Shown here: positions 17,759-26,666 of the stretch, in pieces | How positions within the stretch are numbered: the first letter of the stretch is position 1 | Layout of the letters: the number at the start of each line of letters is the position of its first letter | Origin: Planctomycetota bacterium | Lineage (GTDB): Bacteria; Planctomycetota; GCA-002687715; DRQF01 | Direction of reading: 5' to 3' | NCBI GenBank assembly: GCA_036479435.1 | Contig: JAZGFI010000282.1 | Location: 1 to 29,129 of the forward strand | Length of the DNA: 29,129 nucleotides | Notes under the pieces: model-generated | What the model was told of the DNA's origin: nothing | The model's database searches: none | Seen by the model: the letters and a program-made list of their open reading frames with translations, nothing else | Translations under genes and position numbers: made by a program

Positions 17759-18319
17759 TCAGCTCAAAGAATCGGTGAGCCTGCGGACGCCGGAGCAAAA
17801 TACTATGAAACTTCGAGAGCAGTTGGTCGTCGGATCGAGGCGCAGGCCCATGCGTCGGGCGCCTTCGCCCTTTCGGTAATCGGGATAGAGGGTAAGCAGT
17901 TCCGAAACCGGGTTTGGCAGCGAGTCGGGATCGTTGTATTTGCTCTTGTTCATTTGCCGAGAAGCTTGGGGGCAAGAGAATTCATCTGCGAATAGGGAAA
18001 GGTCTCCAACGATCCAGGCTTCGAGCTCATGGCAAGCGACTCTTACCAAGGAATCTGGCTTGTTGGCTATCTTGCATCTGGAGACGAGACCCGCTTTGAC
18101 GGATTTGCAATCTCCATGGTCTTGGTCGCGAAGGACGACGAACTTGGTGTCGGGTGTTAGCCAAGCGCGGAGTTTTCGGCCCATTCGCTTCTCCAGGTCT
18201 TGCTTGCCTTCAAAGACGATGAATTTGCAATCCCACTGTTTCGGGAGAATTCGAGGAAGGAGACCTTGAAGGAGATTTCGCGCCGAAGGTTCTTCCAAGA
18301 GGAAGACCAGCTCAGGCAT
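17759..18319 (-). CDS. DUF4276-family TOPRIM-like protein (OLD/PARIS-type nuclease partner)
   Basis: LVFLLEEPS (conserved Glu), FEGKQDL, VLRDQD (DxD), ELEAW, N.SRSF; 8-nt overlap with the upstream ATPase. Confidence 0.85.
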   Translation of the reverse strand: MPELVFLLEEPSARNLLQGLLPRILPKQWDCKFIVFEGKQDLEKRMGRKLRAWLTPDTKFVVLRDQDHGDCKSVKAGLVSRCKIANKPDSLVRVACHELEAWIVGDLSLFADEFSCPQASRQMNKSKYNDPDSLPNPVSELLTLYPDYRKGEGARRMGLRLDPTTNCSRSFIVFCSGVRRLTDSLS

Positions 18320-19511
18320 GTGGACTAGCTCCGTCGAATAGGCCTTCTTTCCACAGGTAACCCAGTTGATCCCCTTCGGCGACCAAAGCCATGATTTGCT
18401 CGTTCTCGCTCGCCCGGTGGATAGAGGTGTAGCCTTTTTCTTTGACTAACCAGTAAACGTTGTTGGGCTTGATCGCGTTTAGGAAATCTGGCGAGTGCGT
18501 GGAGACGAACACTTGGCCGCCTCTGGCTGCGTAACTTTGAAACTCTTCGGCTAGGTCCCAAAGAAGGGTGGGGTAGAGTTGGTTCTCAGGTTCCTCTACA
18601 CAAAGCAGCGTGTGCGGATCGGGGTCAAAGAGCAAGACGAGGTAGGCGAGCATCTTGATCGTTCCGTCTGATACGAAGCGGGCCAAGAACGGGTCTTCGA
18701 AGGCGCCGTCTTGGAACTTGAGTAGGACGCGTCCTTCCTCGGTGGTCTTAGCAAGCACTTGAGTGATGCCGGGCACGCGGGACCTAAGGCGGCACAAGAT
18801 GTTCTTGAAGACTTCGGGATGCTGTTTGTGGAGGTATTCGATGACGAGGGAGAGGTTTTCGCCTTCGCGCGAGAGATGCTCGGCGTAGCCAGCTTCCTGC
18901 TCGGGGCGGGCACGGTTGATATGGAAATCTGAGAGATGCCAGTTTTCGATGAGATTGCCCAAAGCTACTGCGGCAGGAAACCTTTCGAACTGGGCCAGGC
19001 CTTTGATCGCCAGGATGTCCGAACTCTTCAAAGTTTGAGTTTCACGATTAAGTTGGGATTCGTCGTTTACGGTGTCGAGTTCATTCGTGACAGCATTTCC
19101 AACACCATTTTTGAAATCCAAGAAATGCCAAGGCTGGCCCCTACTGCCACGTCGGTACTTGAGTACTTCGCGAGCGACGAAGGGGCGTCCGTTCTTCTCG
19201 TCAATGGCAAGAGTGTAGGTGATCAAGTTTTGGGTGGGGCGCCCGAGGTCGGCCCGAATCTTGAGCTCGATTTCGATGGGGCCCTCGCAACCACGTGATC
19301 GGACTTCAGAAAAACCTCGGCTGCCGCCAATCAACCCCAGAGCGGCCGTGACATTGCTGGCCATTGCATTGCGCAAGAAGCCGAACACCGAAAACAGCGT
19401 ACTCTTGCCGCTGCCATTGGCCCCGACCAAGACGCAAAACTCGGGAAGGTCACGGAGATCGATGTCGCGGAACGCCCGGAAGTTCTTCAGGCGGATGGCT
19501 TCAATTTTCAC
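18312..19511 (-). CDS. ABC-type ATPase, AAA_21/AbiEii-like (SMC/OLD family)
   Basis: GTG 19511 with GGAG RBS; IRLKNFRAF, Walker A GANGSGKS, SDGT signature, Walker B CVEEPEN, STHS; no TM partner gene. Confidence 0.92.
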   Translation of the reverse strand: MKIEAIRLKNFRAFRDIDLRDLPEFCVLVGANGSGKSTLFSVFGFLRNAMASNVTAALGLIGGSRGFSEVRSRGCEGPIEIELKIRADLGRPTQNLITYTLAIDEKNGRPFVAREVLKYRRGSRGQPWHFLDFKNGVGNAVTNELDTVNDESQLNRETQTLKSSDILAIKGLAQFERFPAAVALGNLIENWHLSDFHINRARPEQEAGYAEHLSREGENLSLVIEYLHKQHPEVFKNILCRLRSRVPGITQVLAKTTEEGRVLLKFQDGAFEDPFLARFVSDGTIKMLAYLVLLFDPDPHTLLCVEEPENQLYPTLLWDLAEEFQSYAARGGQVFVSTHSPDFLNAIKPNNVYWLVKEKGYTSIHRASENEQIMALVAEGDQLGYLWKEGLFDGASPHA

Positions 19512-19703
19512 GGGAGGCTCCAGCAGGCATGGCCATGTTGGCTTTGGCCTCGCCCTTGCTGAGGGAAAGAGGAGCAAAGCGTCCAAGGGAGGATAGGCGA
19601 CCAAAGTGTCCTTGGCCACCCTAGTTCGCGCGGCGGTGCCAACTCACCTTGTACTGGCGTCGCGGCGAAGGTCGGCGGTGTCGATTGATGGGGCAGAGTG
19701 GTC

Positions 19704-20930
19704 TTAGGCGAACATGGCTTTGCGGACGAAGCGGCGGACGAAGAATAAGAAGGTGAGGACGGCGGCGGCGGCGCAGAGGCCGATGAGGGCGAGTTCGCCG
19801 AACTTGCGGCCAGCGATTTGGGATTCGAGTTTGGCGATGAGCTGGTTGCGATAAGGGTTGTCGCCAGGCAGGTTTTCGGTTTCGGCGTAGTCGATCCAAT
19901 CTTCGATGCTGGTGACGCGGCGATCGCCGTTGATGGCGCGGGCCATGGACAGAACTCTCACTTCTTCGGGGCGGTCGCGGTCTTTGGCGAAGTTGCGGTA
20001 GATCGCTTGGACCTCGCCGCCAGCATGGACGCGTGAGTCGAAGAGGATGTCGAGGGGCTTGTCGAGTTTGTCGGTGATGCCCGCGGCCATGGCGGCTTGC
20101 TCGACGTGGTGGGCGGTGAAGGCCATTTGGAAATTCATGAAGTTTTGCCGGCGGGATCGTCCCAGCCCCAATCCCGGCATGTTGGCAGCTGCGGTTAGGG
20201 CCGAAAGGCGTGCTTCGATGTGCGTTTGTAAGGGGATAAATCGAGCGAGGTTGAGGATGTTCATGGCGAGCGCGGGATTGGGATTGTCGTCGAGACTTTG
20301 GAGCAGGTGGTCGAGGACGGCTTGGGGGCTGAAGTCCTCGATGGCCTCTCCCCACTCGAGTTCGTCTTGGGAACCGCGCAATCGAAATAAGACGTAGGTG
20401 TGGTGCAGCGTGCGGTCCGAGTACCATTCTGGAGAGTTGAAGCGGACGCGGTTACCGGGAAGGATCGGGGTGTCATTTTCCATGGACCAGCGGTGCCCGC
20501 CGGTGAGGGGCGAGTTGGCGCCATTTCGGCTCAAGTTGAGCCATGGGCGATAGTTCTTACGGCGGTTTTTTTTGAACGACAAGCGAAAAACCTTGCCGGA
20601 TCGGGTTTGGGGATCTAAGCGCTTGAACTCGATGTTGTCGCCAACTCCGACTTCGATACGTTGCAGGTAAACCTCAAGGCCTGAGCTTGAGGGGAAGCGT
20701 GTCGAGTCCGCTAAGTCAATTGAATAGTCACTGGCGCTGCGGTCGGAATCAGACTTCACAAAAACGTCTAAGACGAAGGCGATGAGGGTCGGCGTGCCCG
20801 CCGATTTCGATGAGTGCGGGGCGTGTTTAGGGGCAAAGTCAAAGACCTTGGGTCCGCTTTGACTCCAGCCACACGGGGCCAGGAGGCAAACGGTCAACAG
20901 GACGCGCGAAAAAAGGTGCATAACGATCAC
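19704..20930 (-). CDS. Hypothetical exported protein with C-terminal membrane anchor
   Basis: Signal peptide (FSRVLLTVCLLAPCGWS), C-terminal TM LALIGLCAAAAVLTFLFFV followed by RRFVRK; directly downstream of apt. Confidence 0.75.
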   Translation of the reverse strand: MIVMHLFSRVLLTVCLLAPCGWSQSGPKVFDFAPKHAPHSSKSAGTPTLIAFVLDVFVKSDSDRSASDYSIDLADSTRFPSSSGLEVYLQRIEVGVGDNIEFKRLDPQTRSGKVFRLSFKKNRRKNYRPWLNLSRNGANSPLTGGHRWSMENDTPILPGNRVRFNSPEWYSDRTLHHTYVLFRLRGSQDELEWGEAIEDFSPQAVLDHLLQSLDDNPNPALAMNILNLARFIPLQTHIEARLSALTAAANMPGLGLGRSRRQNFMNFQMAFTAHHVEQAAMAAGITDKLDKPLDILFDSRVHAGGEVQAIYRNFAKDRDRPEEVRVLSMARAINGDRRVTSIEDWIDYAETENLPGDNPYRNQLIAKLESQIAGRKFGELALIGLCAAAAVLTFLFFVRRFVRKAMFA

Positions 20931-20944
20931 TCAGCCCTCAACAC

Positions 20945-21496
20945 TCAATACCGAATCAGACTTTCGATGGGCAAGCCATCGAGGCGCGAACGCCCATCCA
21001 AAAACCCAAGCTCGATCAAAAACACGGCCCCCACCACGGTGGCTCCACACTTTTCGACGAGCCGCTTCGAAGCGGCCATCGTGCCGCCCGTCGCCAAGAC
21101 GTCGTCGACCAAAATGACCTTTTGGCCCGGTGAAAACGCGTCGGCGTGCACCGCGACGGTGTCTTTGCCGTACTCAAGCTCGTAGCTCTCTTCGATGGTG
21201 CGGTAGGGAAGTTTTCCTTTTTTTCGAATTGGCGCGAATCCGGTGTCGATCGCCATCGCGACGGGGACTCCGAAAAGGAAGCCTCGGGCCTCAGGACCGG
21301 CCACGATCTGCGGATCCTTCGCTCGGCAGCGGTCGGCCAAAAATTTGATCGAGGCCGCGAAATGTAGGGCATTGGACAACAAAGGCGTGATGTCTTTGAA
21401 GACAATGCCCGGTTTGGGGAAGTCGGGAACGTCACGGATGAGGGCGTCGATACCCGCAATGAGGGCGGTCTCGGATTTGTTGTTGGCTTGATTCAT
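20945..21496 (-). CDS. apt: Adenine phosphoribosyltransferase
   Basis: IRDVPDFPKPGIVFKDITPLL, EARGF, IRKKGKLP, YELEYG, PRPP-binding VDDVLATGGT. Confidence 0.97.
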   Translation of the reverse strand: MNQANNKSETALIAGIDALIRDVPDFPKPGIVFKDITPLLSNALHFAASIKFLADRCRAKDPQIVAGPEARGFLFGVPVAMAIDTGFAPIRKKGKLPYRTIEESYELEYGKDTVAVHADAFSPGQKVILVDDVLATGGTMAASKRLVEKCGATVVGAVFLIELGFLDGRSRLDGLPIESLIRY

Positions 21497-21927
21497 GAGT
21501 TGGTGGTTTCGCGCAGGTGTTCGTGGGCGGCCATGAGGATTCGTCTTGAGTCATCCCATTGGAGGGTCTTGCGGGCTTCGGTCAAGCTGACCCAGCGCAT
21601 TTCGTCGTGCTCGGGCGAAATCTCGACGCGGCCCTGGGTGATTTCGGCCAATAAGTACAAGACCTCTTTGATGTGTCGCCCCTCGGCCGTTCGGACCTCG
21701 TAGCGGGTGAGCTCTTTGAAGTCGGGGTCGACTACGGGGTCGCGAAGGCCGGTCTCTTCTTCGAGTTCGCGGCGGGCGGTGCATTCTAAGGACTCGTCGC
21801 CGTCACGATGGCCCTTGGGAAAGCCCCAGGTCCCGTGGCGGGCGTTGCGAAGGAGAAGATATTGTCGTCCCTCTTCCGTGTTTCGATAAACGAGGTAGCC
21901 CGCAGCTTGTCTGATATCTTCAGTCAT
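21493..21927 (-). CDS. NUDIX hydrolase, bis(5'-nucleosyl)-tetraphosphatase (Ap4A hydrolase)-like
   Basis: AAG.LVYR, YLLL, WGFPKGH....ES...ARRELEEETGL Nudix box, KEV.Y.LAE, S.EH...RW; ATGA overlap with apt. Confidence 0.88.
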   Translation of the reverse strand: MTEDIRQAAGYLVYRNTEEGRQYLLLRNARHGTWGFPKGHRDGDESLECTARRELEEETGLRDPVVDPDFKELTRYEVRTAEGRHIKEVLYLLAEITQGRVEISPEHDEMRWVSLTEARKTLQWDDSRRILMAAHEHLRETTNS

Positions 21928-21975
21928 GAGCTGAGTGTAGCCTCAGCTGGGGTTTTCGAACCAGGAGTTCCCAAC

Positions 21976-22533
21976 ATGTTGTTGCCTCGATTGAGCCTTG
22001 TGCTGGCGTTCGCCATCTTTGCCGTCGGCTGTGCCACCCGCTCGGAGAGCGGAGGGCTCTACCGCGAAAGCGAGTCTGGGGCGCGACAACTCGCCGATTC
22101 CAAGATTCAACTCGAAACAACGGGCTCCTTTAAGCGGCGTGCCAAGGCTTCCGTGCGGACGATGTTGGCGCGAGACGGCGTGGTTCACGCCACCGTCGAT
22201 ACCGGCCAGCGGCAGGGCGAGGCGGAGATCCCGGCGGACGTCTACGCAGCGCTTTGGCGCGACCTGATGGCGGACAAGGCCATGACCTTGACCGTCGAGC
22301 CTCCTGACACTTCCGGCGGGCTCTACCACATTGTTCGCTTGACTTTGGCGGGGAAAACCGGTGAATTCAGCGGGCAACAGAAAACCAACATCTTGGGCCT
22401 TCAAAGCGCGTCGATTAGGTCGCGGCTCGAAGTTGTCAACCAGATCGCTAGGGTCTTCAATCAATACGTTGAGACCAGTCCCAAAACAAAGCCCGCCGAA
22501 AGCTCGGCAGAAACAAAGAAGTCGACTCCGTGA
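21976..22533 (+). CDS. Hypothetical lipoprotein
   Basis: AGGAG RBS, ATG 21976, signal peptide ending in the lipobox AVG-C; GTGA overlap with the next gene. Confidence 0.8.
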   Translation: MLLPRLSLVLAFAIFAVGCATRSESGGLYRESESGARQLADSKIQLETTGSFKRRAKASVRTMLARDGVVHATVDTGQRQGEAEIPADVYAALWRDLMADKAMTLTVEPPDTSGGLYHIVRLTLAGKTGEFSGQQKTNILGLQSASIRSRLEVVNQIARVFNQYVETSPKTKPAESSAETKKSTP

Positions 22534-23078
22534 CTTCGGAAAGCCCGATGACGGGGGCTTTGAAAACGGCCTTGGAGCGACGGCTCGTGGACTTGCGCCT
22601 GGTTCTGGCCGGCGTGGACGATTCTGGGTGGGCTGAGATTCGGCGCCAAATTGAAGGCGCTCGTAAGATCTACTGCGGTGGCATGGGCCGATCGGGGGTC
22701 ATCATGAGTGCCTTTGCGAATCGCCTTGCTCGCGCAGGATTTCGGGTACACGGTCTATTCGAGGCCAGCGCACCGCCGGTGGAGGCCGGAGATTTCACCC
22801 TCATCGCTTCGGGATCTGGCGCCACCGCTACGGTGCTTGCGGTAGCCGGACGCATCCAGGGCGAGGGCGCCAAGTTGGGCCTCTTTACCGCTAATGCTCT
22901 ATCGCCGATGGGACGCTTGGCGGACTTTCGAGTGGTGCTTCCGCCGCTTTTGCCGCCCCGGGATCCCTCGGCCCAAAAGGCCAGTGAGCAGGTGCTCGCT
23001 TCCCTCCAAGTCCTATTTGAGCAGGCACTGCTGATCGTCCTCGACACTCTTGCCGATCAGATCGCGGACTCTAACTAG
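22530..23078 (+). CDS. SIS-domain protein, 6-phospho-3-hexuloisomerase (HxlB/PHI)-like
   Basis: IYCGGMGRSG..MSAFANRL, GD..LIASGSGAT, TAN..SP.G.LAD, LFEQA.LI.LD. The start may be ATG 22548. Confidence 0.8.
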   Translation: MTSESPMTGALKTALERRLVDLRLVLAGVDDSGWAEIRRQIEGARKIYCGGMGRSGVIMSAFANRLARAGFRVHGLFEASAPPVEAGDFTLIASGSGATATVLAVAGRIQGEGAKLGLFTANALSPMGRLADFRVVLPPLLPPRDPSAQKASEQVLASLQVLFEQALLIVLDTLADQIADSN

Positions 23079-23120
23079 CTTTTTCGTAGGGAGTTGTGGC
23101 GGATTGTTACCACCTTCCCT

Positions 23121-23150
23121 TTGAAACAGGGGGCGCTTCGTGGCTACCAT
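23121..23150 (+). promoter_or_regulatory. Putative sigma70 promoter for the thiolase operon
   Basis: TTGAAA-N18-TACCAT, about 84 nt upstream of ATG 23234. Confidence 0.35.
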
Positions 23151-23233
23151 AGCTCCCTTGCCGAACGACCACTGCGTGGCCGTTGCCGCAATCCGATGAC
23201 GCTGACACCCCTGAACAGATCCGGACCTCGACT

Positions 23234-24421
23234 ATGAGCGAAGCTTTTATCGTCTCCGCAGCCCGCACCCCGATCGGCAAGTTCCAAGGCGGACTGGCGA
23301 CCACGCCGGCCACCGTTCTCGGCACCCGCGCCATTGCCGCGGCGCTCGAACGCGGCGGCGTCGACCCAAAAAGCGTTCAAGACGTCATCATGGGGAATGT
23401 CCTTTCGGCGGGGCTCGGTCAAAACCCGGCTCGCCAAGCCCTGCGCGGCGCGGGCATTCCCGATTCAGTTGGTGCGATGACGATCAACAAGGTCTGTGGT
23501 AGCGGTCTCAAGGCCGTCGCATTGGCGGCGCAGGCCATCAAGGCCGGCGACCTGGATTGCGTGGTGGCTGGCGGCATGGAGAACATGAGCCGAGTTCCCT
23601 ACCTCGCGCCGGGGATTCGCGACGGCTTGCGACTGGGGCACGGTCAGCTCATCGACAGCATGGTGCAGGATGGACTGTGGGATGTCTCCAACGACTTCCA
23701 CATGGGTATGACGGCTGAACTCGTCGCCGAAAAGTACGGCATCAGCCGCGAAGAGCAGGACGCCTACGCCTACGAAAGTCACCAACGAGCCGTCGCGGCG
23801 CAAAGCAAAGGAGCCTTCGATGCTGAGATGGTCGGTATCGAAGTCAAAGGCCGCAAAGGTGCAGTCACCCTCGTCGACAAAGACGAGAGTCCGCGCGCAG
23901 ATACCAGTGTTGAAAAGCTCGCCAAACTCAGGCCGGCCTTTAAGCGCGATGGCGGCACCGTCACGGCGGGCAACGCCCCCAGCGTCAACGACGGTGGCTC
24001 GGCCTTGATCGTTGCGAGCGGTGAGTTTGTCGAACGAGAAAACCTGAAGCCACTGGCCCGCATCACCGGCTATCAAACCGGCGGCATGGCACCTGAGTGG
24101 GTGATGATGGCCCCGGTCGATGCGGTGACACGACTCTTTGCGCGCACCGGCGACAAGATCGGCAACTTCGATCTCATCGAATTCAACGAGGCCTTCGCCG
24201 TCGCCGCGGTCGCGGTGACCCGCGAACTTGGTGCTGATCCCGCGCGCGTCAATGTCAACGGTGGAGCCGTCGCGATGGGGCATCCCATCGGGGCTTCCGG
24301 GGCTCGAATCTTGACGACCTTGTTACACGGTCTAAAAAACCGCGGCGGCAAAAAGGGCCTCGCGGCTCTTTGCCTCGGCGGTGGGAACGCCGTGGCTCTC
24401 AGCGTCGAGATGGTGGGCTGA
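23234..24421 (+). CDS. atoB: Acetyl-CoA C-acetyltransferase (thiolase II)
   Basis: [22 protein letters not shown] (catalytic Cys), [18 protein letters not shown]. Start placed at ATG 23234. Confidence 0.95.
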   Translation: MSEAFIVSAARTPIGKFQGGLATTPATVLGTRAIAAALERGGVDPKSVQDVIMGNVLSAGLGQNPARQALRGAGIPDSVGAMTINKVCGSGLKAVALAAQAIKAGDLDCVVAGGMENMSRVPYLAPGIRDGLRLGHGQLIDSMVQDGLWDVSNDFHMGMTAELVAEKYGISREEQDAYAYESHQRAVAAQSKGAFDAEMVGIEVKGRKGAVTLVDKDESPRADTSVEKLAKLRPAFKRDGGTVTAGNAPSVNDGGSALIVASGEFVERENLKPLARITGYQTGGMAPEWVMMAPVDAVTRLFARTGDKIGNFDLIEFNEAFAVAAVAVTRELGADPARVNVNGGAVAMGHPIGASGARILTTLLHGLKNRGGKKGLAALCLGGGNAVALSVEMVG

Positions 24422-25767
24422 TGAAGTCAAGGATTGCGACGATCGTATTGACCCAGACCGCAGGGCAAACCAAGAGAACCGCTGCAGTCTTAAGTCTGGT
24501 TTTCTGCATGGTCTTAGTGTCGGCTTGCGATCGCCAAGCTGGCCAACCCTACGTCATCACTGGTGAGCTTACGATCAAGAGCGACTTCAACGTCGACCCC
24601 GACGAGATCAACTCTCGCGGCGGGCGCGTGAACCTCATGATGACCGTTCGCAGCGGTCCCAACATCGGCGATGTCCTGGTACAACGCCGCTGGATAGGCA
24701 TCGGCAGCCGCCACCACTTTGGCTTGGGAAAAGGCGATGACATCGTCACCCGAATTAAAGCGAAAACAGATCGCATTTATGTCACGGCTTTACTTGACGT
24801 CTACGATCGCGGTGGTGAACGCATCACCCGTTCCTACGTCGGTTGGACCCGCGACGCTCTCCCGGTGGGCAGCGACAACTTAGTCTTAGAAATCGACAAT
24901 GCCTACGGTCAAGCCGACCCTCGGAAGGTGAAGAACTTTCCGGTCGGAGGCTGGTATTCACCCTCCGCGACGGAAGAGGCACCGCCGCCCGGAACGGCGC
25001 AGATCAATCCTGGTGCTCGCGCGTTTTCAGGGACGATCGATGTTCCTGAAGACCTGCGCTATGCCTTTCGGCAGTTTGTGCTTTACGTCGGCGCCGGCGA
25101 TGACGCCAAGGCGACCCGCGAATTCAAGGTGCGGGCTCGCTACGACACACCGAGCTTTCCCCTGAATTTCTCGCTGCACCTCAATCAAACTGCGAGCAAA
25201 GGCTCCAAAGTGATCGAAAATCCCAAGCTTGTCGTGGCGATCTTGGATTTCGACGGCAACCTCGCAACGGCGCAGGATCAATGCCGCGTCTCAACCCCGG
25301 CGCCAGTGGCACCGGGCACCACCGACATCAAGCTTATGATCGACCCGCGCAAGATGCTCGAGTTCATCATGAAGCGATCTTCTCCCGCAGGCGGCGAGAA
25401 AGCGCCTCAGAAAATCGATGCGTCAAAGGCGCGATCGGTCACGAAGGGACGCATCGAGTTGGCTGACGAACTGAAAGCTATGGTGTCCGGGAAGACGACG
25501 CTGTGGCTAACCGTACGCGATGCCGCGAGCGATGCTTTGGTCCTCGTGAAGAAACTTAGCGCGGAGTTTCCGCAGGACTTTGAGTTGAGGGAGACCGACA
25601 CGATGAGCGGAGCTGCCATGCGCGTCGAGGGCGCTTTTCGCATCCGCGCGACGTTGACGGACGGTGACCCATCGGGAAGCGACCCCAATACCATCAGGGT
25701 GACCTCGGACGTCATCCCCGGGGTTGGAGCGACGGGAATTGTGATTCGCCTCGAAAAGAGCAAATAG
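24421..25767 (+). CDS. Putative lipoprotein with three tandem CcmI/CycH-C-terminal (YbaY-like) Ig-type domains
   Basis: TGATG coupling to the thiolase; lipobox LVSA-C at residue 36; three roughly 110-aa beta-rich repeats. Confidence 0.7.
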   Translation: MKSRIATIVLTQTAGQTKRTAAVLSLVFCMVLVSACDRQAGQPYVITGELTIKSDFNVDPDEINSRGGRVNLMMTVRSGPNIGDVLVQRRWIGIGSRHHFGLGKGDDIVTRIKAKTDRIYVTALLDVYDRGGERITRSYVGWTRDALPVGSDNLVLEIDNAYGQADPRKVKNFPVGGWYSPSATEEAPPPGTAQINPGARAFSGTIDVPEDLRYAFRQFVLYVGAGDDAKATREFKVRARYDTPSFPLNFSLHLNQTASKGSKVIENPKLVVAILDFDGNLATAQDQCRVSTPAPVAPGTTDIKLMIDPRKMLEFIMKRSSPAGGEKAPQKIDASKARSVTKGRIELADELKAMVSGKTTLWLTVRDAASDALVLVKKLSAEFPQDFELRETDTMSGAAMRVEGAFRIRATLTDGDPSGSDPNTIRVTSDVIPGVGATGIVIRLEKSK

Positions 25768-25797
25768 AAAACCGACAAGAACGCAGAGGAGTCTGGC

Positions 25798-26658
25798 ATG
25801 AGTATTTCGAAAGTCGCCGTGATCGGCGGCGGGACGATGGGGAACGGCATCGCGCAAGTCTTCGCGATGAAGGGACTCCAAGTCGCCTTGGTGGATCAAA
25901 AACCTGAGTTCCTCGACCGCGCGAAGGCCACGATCGAAAAGAACATGTCCCGGGTCGTCAAAAAGGGCAAGTTGGATCAGGCCGAAGCCGACCAGGCTCT
26001 GAGGCAGATTCGATACACCACGGATCTCGGCACTTGCGACGGCGTCGATCTGGCGATCGAAGCCGTCTTCGAGAATTTCGAAGTCAAAGCTGACATCTTC
26101 CGCAACCTCGACAAAACCCTGGCGAAGGGAGCGATCTTGGCGACCAATACGTCGTCGATTTCGATCACCCAGTTGGCGGCCGTCACCGAGCGCCCGGGCC
26201 AAGTCATCGGTATGCACTTCATGAACCCGGTGCCGATCATGAAGCTGGTCGAGGTCATCCGCGGTGAAGAGACGAGCGACGAAACCAACGCTGCGGTGCT
26301 CGCGGCCTGCGAAATCCTGGGCAAAATCCCTTGCGTTGCGAACGACTATCCCGGTTTCGTGGCGAATCGCATCTTGATGCCGATGATCAACGAGGCGGCC
26401 TTCGTGCTCATGGAAGGCGTTGCGACTAAAGAGTCGATCGACAACATCATGAAGCTGGGCATGGCCCACCCGATGGGCCCGCTGGCTTTGGCGGATTTCA
26501 TTGGACTCGACATCTGCCTCGATATCTTGAATGTGCTTCACAGTGGGCTGGGCGACCCCAAGTATCGCGCTTGTCCTTTGCTGAAGAAGCTCGTCGCGGC
26601 GGGCCACCTCGGTCGAAAAAGCGGTCGCGGGTTTTGCGACTATCGCGAACAGGCTTGA
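25798..26658 (+). CDS. hbd: 3-hydroxybutyryl-CoA dehydrogenase
   Basis: [62 protein letters not shown]. Confidence 0.96.
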   Translation: MSISKVAVIGGGTMGNGIAQVFAMKGLQVALVDQKPEFLDRAKATIEKNMSRVVKKGKLDQAEADQALRQIRYTTDLGTCDGVDLAIEAVFENFEVKADIFRNLDKTLAKGAILATNTSSISITQLAAVTERPGQVIGMHFMNPVPIMKLVEVIRGEETSDETNAAVLAACEILGKIPCVANDYPGFVANRILMPMINEAAFVLMEGVATKESIDNIMKLGMAHPMGPLALADFIGLDICLDILNVLHSGLGDPKYRACPLLKKLVAAGHLGRKSGRGFCDYREQA

Positions 26659-26666
26659 GGTCGACT

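Noticed and set aside
19621..20427. 268-aa Arg/Pro-rich ORF
   Set aside because: Alternative frame of the 19704-20930 gene with low-complexity off-frame composition.
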